Assembly: GCA_013239625.1 (NCBI GenBank)
Contig: MU053472.1
Span: 1,753,236-1,817,235, forward strand
Source: Lama guanicoe
Lineage: Eukaryota
Length of the DNA: 64,000 bases
Reading direction: 5' to 3'
The translations under genes and the position numbers were made by a program. Position 1 is the stretch's first letter; each line of letters opens with the position of its first letter. Positions 56,106-64,000 of the stretch are shown here, one piece after another. The notes beneath the pieces are model-generated. The model saw nothing but the letters and a program-made list of their open reading frames with translations. It ran no database searches and was not told where the DNA came from.

Positions 56106-57019
56106 AAAATGTCATTTATGTTAACACATAAAGGGATTATTGTTGTTATTTAAAGAGTTAATACATTAATGTTTTCAACATTGATAGATATAATCACATA
56201 AACCAAAGTTCTTTGGAATCCTCAGTTTTAAGAGCACAAAGCAGTCTTGATTCCCAAAAATATCTGAAAACCATTGAGATATATATGCCCTCACACACAT
56301 ACACATTAAATATATATCCATCTCTGCAGAAATTTAGATGAGATTTGATTTGCATTTCATTGGATCTGTGGATCAAGTTGGGAAGAATTGACATCTTTAC
56401 AGTACTGAGTCTTTCAGTACATGAATCTTTTATAGCTATCCATTCTTAGGCCTTCTTTAATTTCTCCTAATATTTATGAACTTTTAATGTAGAAGTCTTA
56501 TACATATTTTATTAAATTTATTTTAATTATTTGATGTTTTGATGCCATTATAAATAGCATATTTTATTTTTCAGGGTTTTTTCAGATTGTGTAAAATATA
56601 ATGATTGGGGTTTTTTTTGGTACGTTGAACTTATATCCAGAATCCTTTCTAAGTTCATGTATTCTACTAGATTCTTTTGGATTTTCTCCTGCTATACAGT
56701 CATGTCATCTGCAAATAAAGATGCTTGTATTTCTTTCCAATCCTTATACGTTTTTCTTTCTTTTCCCCTTTATTACACTTGATTGTACCTCTGGTACAGT
56801 GCTGAGTAGAAGTGATTAACATTCTTATCTTCTTAATCTTACAGGGAAGTGTTTAATATTTCACCATTAAGTATAACATTAGACGCAATTGGTTTTTTAA
56901 AAATGAAAACCTACATTCCTCTATTGTATTATTCCTTTACTGGAACTCTTACCTTCTTCTATGTATCGTTCCTTCATTGGAATGACAAAAAGATGGACAA
57001 AATCTATAAAAGAACCAAA

Positions 57020-57420
57020 CTGACATTCTAAAACTGAAAAATATAATATCTTAAATAAATTATTCATTGAATGGGCTTAACAGCTGACTGGATGCAGAAG
57101 AAGGAATTATCAGAAACTCAAAAGCAAGAAAAAAAATTTCAAAAGTAGAGGAGAAAATACTGAAATAAAACAATCCAGTGTGAGAAGTGTGTGGGGTAAT
57201 ATTTAACTGTCTTAACGTGTGTAATTGTTACACATGGATGGAAAGAGAGTTTAGGGCAAAAGAAATAAATGAAGGGCTGAGAATTTTCTAAAATTAATTA
57301 CAGACATCAACTCAAATTTCAAGAATCTCAGCTTGCCCCAAGTAGCATAAATATAAAGAAAACCATACTTCGGCGTATCAGAGCCCAAATCTTGAAATCC
57401 AGAAATCATGAAGCAGTTTT
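57020..57420 (+). mobile_element. Old L1M ORF1-region remnant
   Basis: attcattgaatgggcttaacagc ... ggctgagaattttctaaaattaat ... agacatcaa ... ttcaagaatctcag. Confidence 0.65.
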
Positions 57421-60400
57421 ATTAAGCCTACCATGTATCTTTATTTCTTGGTTACGTATTTGGGGGACAGTTTAAAGTTTTGAAAAAATTAGGGTGATTT
57501 TAAGTTTTTTGGGTAGTATGAGATCCCTGTCTCCCAAAAACGTATGAGGAGTCTTCAGGATTTTGCCATTAGACAGATGTAAAAGGTACGGGCAAGTACT
57601 TATTTATAAACAGCTATGTGCCCAACACTGTGCTAGGTTTTATCTCTTTAATCATATTTTATTAGGATCACCGGTCCATTTCAGAAATATGCAAAGAGTG
57701 GGATTTAAGACACCTAGTTCCTGATACTTAGAAATACTTAAAGTGCATTATGGTGACACCTCAGATAAGTCCAAACCTCTTTTTACCCTGCCTGATCAAA
57801 TATTCATTTCAAAACACTGTATGCTGAAATGAGCCACGTGGGAGTTGAAGAGAATCAACTATTCAGGTGGTGAAAATGTGTGAATGCAGCTGGCAGATGA
57901 AGTTCCAGTGTGATGAATTCCCAGCTTGTCCTTATTGCTTCAGGCAACAACTGACAGGCCTGACTGGTCACTGGCTTTCCATTTCTGGCATTGATAGGAC
58001 TGAAAATTCTTAGTGTCACAGATACTTAAAAGCTGTCCCTGTTATCGTGGACACAAACAGTGCTGCAGGGTCCTTATTGCATAGAGATGTAATCAATATG
58101 GTCTAGAGTTCTTGACCTGAAACCTGTAATTATCTGGACATTGTAAAGGTGGCTTATTGTTACAGAAAATGCTTATATTCAGAACTTTGGGGCTAAGCTG
58201 TGAATGGGGAGAAGAAAAATTGAAGCTTTGTCCATCTTCCGCTACTACCTAGTGTTTAAGAAACTATCATAATAATCACAGAACAGGGTATTCTTGTAAG
58301 ATTAGAACACTGTATCTTTAGGAGTTTGGATACTGAAGTTTAAAATCTTACCTCTGATGTGAAGTTGTGACTTAAGTGTTATGCACCTTGTGATTGTGAT
58401 GTTTCGGATACCAAAATTGAAGCATTTCTCATTGGTTCAAACACTTGGCTTTGAAGTGCAGCTTACATAACATCATGTTTGAGTCTGCTCTTTTCCCGCA
58501 GCTGAGGGCATGCTGGGAAAGAAACTGGGTAAGCAGATATTATGGCATCCATGACCCATGGGTGGGAGTGAGTAAAAGGACTTCACACTGGTCTGGTAGC
58601 CATTCTTAAGTTCCTGTTTGTTACCAGTGTGTTTAAGTAGATTGTGGTGGTTAATTTGCCGTGTGAAAGCAGTAAAGGTGAAGTTGTGGAAGGACTCGGC
58701 AGTCGAGGCGGATCCTGACGGCCCTGTCACTGCTTGGCTTAAGATACCTCTGGATGGCACTGTTACTGGATTGCCCCGTGGGTAGGATGCCTTGAAGGAG
58801 AGGGGAGAGGTAACACCGCATAATAGAGGGCTCTTTGAAAACAAGTTCTGTCTTTGGATTTCCTGGTCTTGGTGCCTGCCTCAGAGCAGAGAATCAATGT
58901 TGGTTGCATTGTTGATTTCTGATAAAACATAAGTCTTTATACCACAAAGTGATTAAAGTTTAGTAATGTTGCATCTTTATATACACAATACTGCACTTAA
59001 ACCTAGAAAACATAATCATGTTGTAGAGCCCGTGATGAAGGTTGCTGTTATGTTTATGATTACTATTCCTTCGTCTGAGGCCTTGATAAACTTTGTGATC
59101 AGTTGAAATGTTTTGCCGAGCATTTCAGATGAACTTTTATATCATTTTTTAAAAAGCAGCATTATGTTTGAGTAGTGTGTTTGTGTGTCTCATCTTTGAT
59201 AACTTTTACAGACCTAGAAAATAAAAATAAAGGAATTATGGCTCTCAACTCAGCTGTGATTTAGTCTTGCTAGGCCAGCGTGGAGATTTGTGTTTTAAAG
59301 CCATCTTTATAAAGCTCTAACTGGCCGATTTCTACGTCCTGGGATCTGCTGTCAAGCCTGGCAAACATCCACAGAAAGGCATGGACTTGCTCTTGTCTTC
59401 TGGTCACACTAGGCTAACTTCTCGACATGTTATTGTATGGATATTTGGGACTGTTCTAAGCCAGCTTCTCTTTGCCCAGGATATTGGCATATCTCGGGGT
59501 CCGAACTAAATTCCATTAAGCCCAGATGGTTGGTTGGTTTTGAATTGCCACCATTTTAATCTAATGTAATGTCATTGCAGCCTAGTGACTTATAAGTATG
59601 CCCTAGGCAGCCCTACGAGACGTGCCACCTTGAGTCCTAAGCCTGTTCCAAGAATCTTAGGAAGTCCATAGTTATCCTGTAAATGTTCAGTGTTAAGGGT
59701 GCAGAGAATACCGGAAGTTGCACTTGAGACCTTAATTGAACTCTCCAGTTAGTAATCCAGTATTTAGACGAGTTTATGTAGTTCTCAAATAAAGAGCGTT
59801 TGCACGACTGGGAAGAGAAAAGACTCCTTCCCGCTTCTGCTTCTCTCTATCTACAGAGGACACTTAAAAGCATCCACAGTAATTAATAACTCTGACATTC
59901 TCCCGACTTTGCCTGTGTCGGAAACTTCCAGCCGTGAGTGAACACCTCTAATCAGAGTTTCTATCACCACAGTAGGGTCCCAGTTCCTGAATCAGATGGC
60001 CTAAACCAGAGGGACCTTAGAAAAAATTTTGGCACGGTGCCTGAAACTTTTCATTTGCCTTCAAACATGTTCTTTTTTTTTTTTTTCTTCAAACATGTTC
60101 TTAATTTTACTTTTTATTCCAGTCTACCTCATCGATCAAATTAATTACTTTCTCCTCTGTTCTTAAACTTTTACTGTTGTGTTTATCACCTCAGATTAAA
60201 GTTATTTGGGAGCCATTTCCCTTTCAAACCAGTGAGCTCGTCTTTGTACTCCCCACAGCTTCCTGCGTGGTCCTGACACACAATAGGCACTCAATAAATG
60301 CTAATGAATTCAACATTTCAGCATGGAATATTGGAACCAAATTTTTGAATTTGGCCAGACGCCGTCGCTGCCTGCTAGGGAACAGAAAGTCTTCTTTTCA

Positions 60401-60499
60401 TTGTAGTCTCTTAGAACATGCATATGCATTAATCCTTGCAAAGCATAAGCATAAATGAAACTTTCTTTTTAACATCTAACATATTTTTCAGAATTTGAC

Positions 60500-60620
60500 A
60501 GGTTCCCATCATTATCGTTTGTCCCTTTATTTGTTTATAGAAATAAACTGAGGCTAAGGAATGTTAAATAACTTGCGTATTGTCACGTAGGTGACAAAGC
60601 AAAGATATGAATCTGTGGAA
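60500..60620 (-). mobile_element. MIR fragment
   Basis: aaactgaggctaaggaatgttaaataacttgc ... gtcac. Confidence 0.65.
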
Positions 60621-62699
60621 CCTTCACTTTTTCTGGGATATCAAAGGGCATCTGGGCGACAGGAGCCTACCTTGATTTTGTTCATGCATTCAGTAGGGAG
60701 CAGGGTGTGCATCTGACCTCGAAAATACCCCTGTTTATTCTTTATATGTATACTGTATGCATCATAGAAGCCACAAAATAGAGCACCTCCACTCTTGAGT
60801 GGCACCTCTGTTTTCAGGGGCCATTGGCAAAACCTCTTTGGTGAGGTTCTGATGACTGAAGATGATTGATGATGATGACTGAAGACAGTTGTCCTCATGG
60901 CTCACCTCAGTATCCATGCCACTCACAGAGAGCCTCTTACCCTAGCAGCAAACATTTATTTGCAGCTAGGAAAGCCACTATCAATAAGGTAATGTTTTGT
61001 CAAGCTGAAAAAGGCGTTCACTGAAGAATGGTGATTGCCCAAGGTCACATTTCTTTTTCATCCACTTGTGGGAAAATGCAAACTACAGGATACTAGTGTT
61101 TGAAACTCATACTTTATTCTGTATTTGGGGGCGGGGGAGAGAGGGGTGGAGTGATTATGTTTCTCTTAGAAATATTGTTAATTGCTTCTTCAAAATACGG
61201 ATTCAAGCGTAAAAGAAGCCAAAAAAAGCTGTGATTCTAAATGGACCTGACACCTTGATCTTCTATCATGCCATAACATATGAGTGGGGGTTCCCTGTGG
61301 ACCTTGGTACACTACAATATTTATTACTATAAAGATCTAAGAGTTCTTAGTCGCTTTGAAACTTGTAAGAGCTGTTCAAATCCCAACCACGGGACTTATG
61401 TTTTCACATGTTAAAATTAGTCTGGTTTGTTTTGTATGGTTTCTTCAAAAATAACCCCTCCTGACCCCCGCTCAAATTCTAAGTAATAATATCTGACTTT
61501 TCAATAAACTTAAAAAGAAGAGCTCAAATCTGAAAGTACACCTGAGAGAGAAATAGTTTTGCTTTGCTTTTTGACTGTCCATTAACGTCTGAGGCCTTTG
61601 TTGACTCATTTTATGCCTGGTTTTTTTTCATCTGCAAAATGGTAACTGAATTTTGCCTTCTATTCCATTCACATGATCAAAATACTAATAGGTTGAAGGG
61701 CTCTGAGATAATACGTCCGTCAGCTCCTGCTACGGGTGGTGGAATTTTCACTGTAGTTTGCTTCAACGCTGTGGTGTCAAGGAAAAAAACAATATGGTTT
61801 ACTTTGGTTTATTATGGTTTAATTTTAATCATTGGCTTTTTAAAAAAAAACCAAATTACTAGAGAACCTCAGTGACTATAGTACCATTTACATTCACAAA
61901 AATAGCTGTAATGCAAATTAGTAGATGTATGTCACTGAGACAAAATTGTTTTTCAACGTAAGGTTGAATCTTGTGCTTCCTTACTTATGAAGGAAACCTA
62001 ACTGTACTATGTATTCTAGGGAAGTTGAAGAATTAAAGGGAAATAAACAGGATGCTTAACATCTCTACTTAAATTTGGAGTTATATGCAGCCCAGAAACA
62101 ATATGTATATAATATTCTGTATATAATGAATAACTGTGGTTGGGGGTCACATTTGATTGCTTAAAATACTGTGCTATATATTGCACATCTGCTACCTTCT
62201 TTATTCCTCACAAAAATCCTATGAGGTAAAGGTATTGTTATAATTTCCTCTTTTCTCTGATACAGCTCAGAAAATTATGGGCACTACACTACTTCCTGCT
62301 TTGATGATGCCATCTGAATTTCTTTATCATGAGTATGTTGTAATAGATGTTTTATTAAAGTATTTTTTTGATAAGAGCATTTTTAGCATATACAGGCATA
62401 CAGCAAGTGCATGAACTCTGTGATTAAACGTAGATTTGATGTCCATTTCTGTGGCCAGCCAGCTAGATTACCTTGAGTCTCTTTGTCCTTAAGAAGAATA
62501 TGGCTAACCCTGTCTCCTCTGTTGTGAAAACTGAAAGATGGCACACTTGGGTATCTTCTGGCCGGAGTCTGAATACATAGCAAGGACTTATTCAATGTTA
62601 GTTCTCTCCTTGTTAACTTTATTTCAGTGCTAATAGTAGTAGTGGTAGAAGTGCTAGTAATAATAGCAATCTTTACTCACCCTAGTTTTTGGTATAGCA

Positions 62700-62860
62700 T
62701 GTTCCTCTTTAGTATAGCATGTTCATTCCTCATGACTTCCCTGTGAAGAATGTTTACACTATTGTCCTTATTTTATGAATGAGGAAACTGCAAAGTGGTA
62801 ATTCCCAGGATGGAGGCCAGGAAGTCTAATTCCAGAGTTTGTATTTTTAACTAATATGTG
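62700..62860 (-). mobile_element. MIR fragment
   Basis: attcctcatgacttccctgtgaag ... attttatgaatgaggaaactg. Confidence 0.65.
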
Positions 62861-64000
62861 ACCTTCTCAGAGACTATGTTCCAATAACAATAGATTAGAT
62901 TCTGATATTTCAGGCCTTAATCCTAGAAATTATTTTACCGCCCCCTCCTTCTCTGCCATCCTGTTCTTCCATGTTTAGCTTGTGACAGTATGACCATTTG
63001 TTTCTTGATCCTCGGTTGATGCCTATAATAGGTTTGTTTGATTAGATGTTCAGAGACCCTTCTGATTCTGAAGTCGGGGGTCCCACACTGTTCGGATAGA
63101 TGCAGTGTTCTGAGGCAGTGCTGGCAGTCCTTTAAGGGAAAGCGATTCATCACTGTGGCCTGATAAGGAGCATGTTGACTTCAATCCTGAGCTGAAATTA
63201 ACCATTTCATGGGGGGCTTGAGGGGGACAACAGATTGCAGATTAACTCCTCCAGCCTCTTCATCTCCTTAAAAAAAGAAGAAACTCAAATAGTTCTGCCC
63301 AGACGGATTTGACTTCAGTCATTTGTTTTTGTGTCTAAATACATTTTGCTCCACCAACAAAAGATGAAGAAACAGGGCCATTTTGTTTGCCAGAGGAGCA
63401 GCCACTCTCCTGCATGTGTTAGCCTGGCTGTTTACATCTGTTTTTGACTGTATCCTGATCTGTCGTTGTCTCTCTTTCTCTCTTTTTTCCCTTCTGTCTA
63501 TGTTTCAGTTTGTCTTAGGTTTCTATTTCTCCCTCCTCACTTCTATCTTCTTGTTTCAATAATTCTGTTTTATTTCTGTAAATGAAAGTCTCTCCCAAGG
63601 ATGCTGAACATGTCATTTTTTTTATAACACTCCCATATATGCACAGAAGAATTTAGTGTGGCTATAAAACTTGTTCTTGGCATAAATTTGGCAGATCGTT
63701 TTTAGCCTGGGTGAGACTTTTCACTGGGATCATGAAAGTGTTGGGGCGTCACTGCCTTCCACTCTTCCTTCTTCAAGGATGACATTAGTGGTTTTAGCTC
63801 TTGTTGACCCTTCTTTAAACCAAAGCTTTATAGCCTATTAGAGCACAGCTTGGATTTTTTTTATGATATGTTGGAGGGAAAGAAAAAACTCCTCTAAGGT
63901 TACAAATGGTTTCATTTACCAAAATGACTATTACTCTTGGAAAGTTTTGTCTTTACAATTTCCAGGAGTTGGGTGGGCTTGAGGTCCTTCCTGTCTCCCA

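Larger units (their letters stand above)
52034..56276 (+). mobile_element. Charlie1-family hAT DNA transposon split into three pieces (52034-52681, 53349-53864, 56106-56276)
   Basis: gcaatggtagataaaactgatggcatcttagca ... gcagtggcacca; atacttcaaccaaaacaa ... aacagattgaatacagaag; terminal tgaaaaccattg. The pieces are collinear across the two L1 insertions. Confidence 0.85.

Overview
Mammalian (eukaryotic) DNA, most likely camelid, judged from four tRNA-Ala-derived Vic-1-type SINEs. The whole window lies inside the BCAS3 gene on the + strand. Seven internal coding exons (3980-4024, 11451-11575, 13584-13749, 15736-15836, 37746-37846, 40206-40402, 44475-44572) all have AG/GT boundaries and splice into one open 833-nt frame, from (G)[22 protein letters not shown] to [12 protein letters not shown](G). 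The gene start and the final exons lie outside the window. The rest is AT-rich intron containing L1 LINEs of several ages, MIR and L2 relics, MER2, MER5 and Charlie1 DNA transposons, and microsatellites. Almost all entries in the supplied ORF track are spurious, except those overlapping BCAS3 exons or L1 ORF2. I see no convincing new multi-gene system. The best leads are: a splice junction that regenerates a donor identical to a working one, a 45-nt cassette exon with RBFOX motifs, a nested transposon stack (four elements), poly(A)-only retro-insertions, a possible orphan C/D snoRNA and several enhancer-like patches. Repeat subfamily names and boundaries come from memory of consensus sequences and are approximate unless a target-site duplication (TSD) is given.
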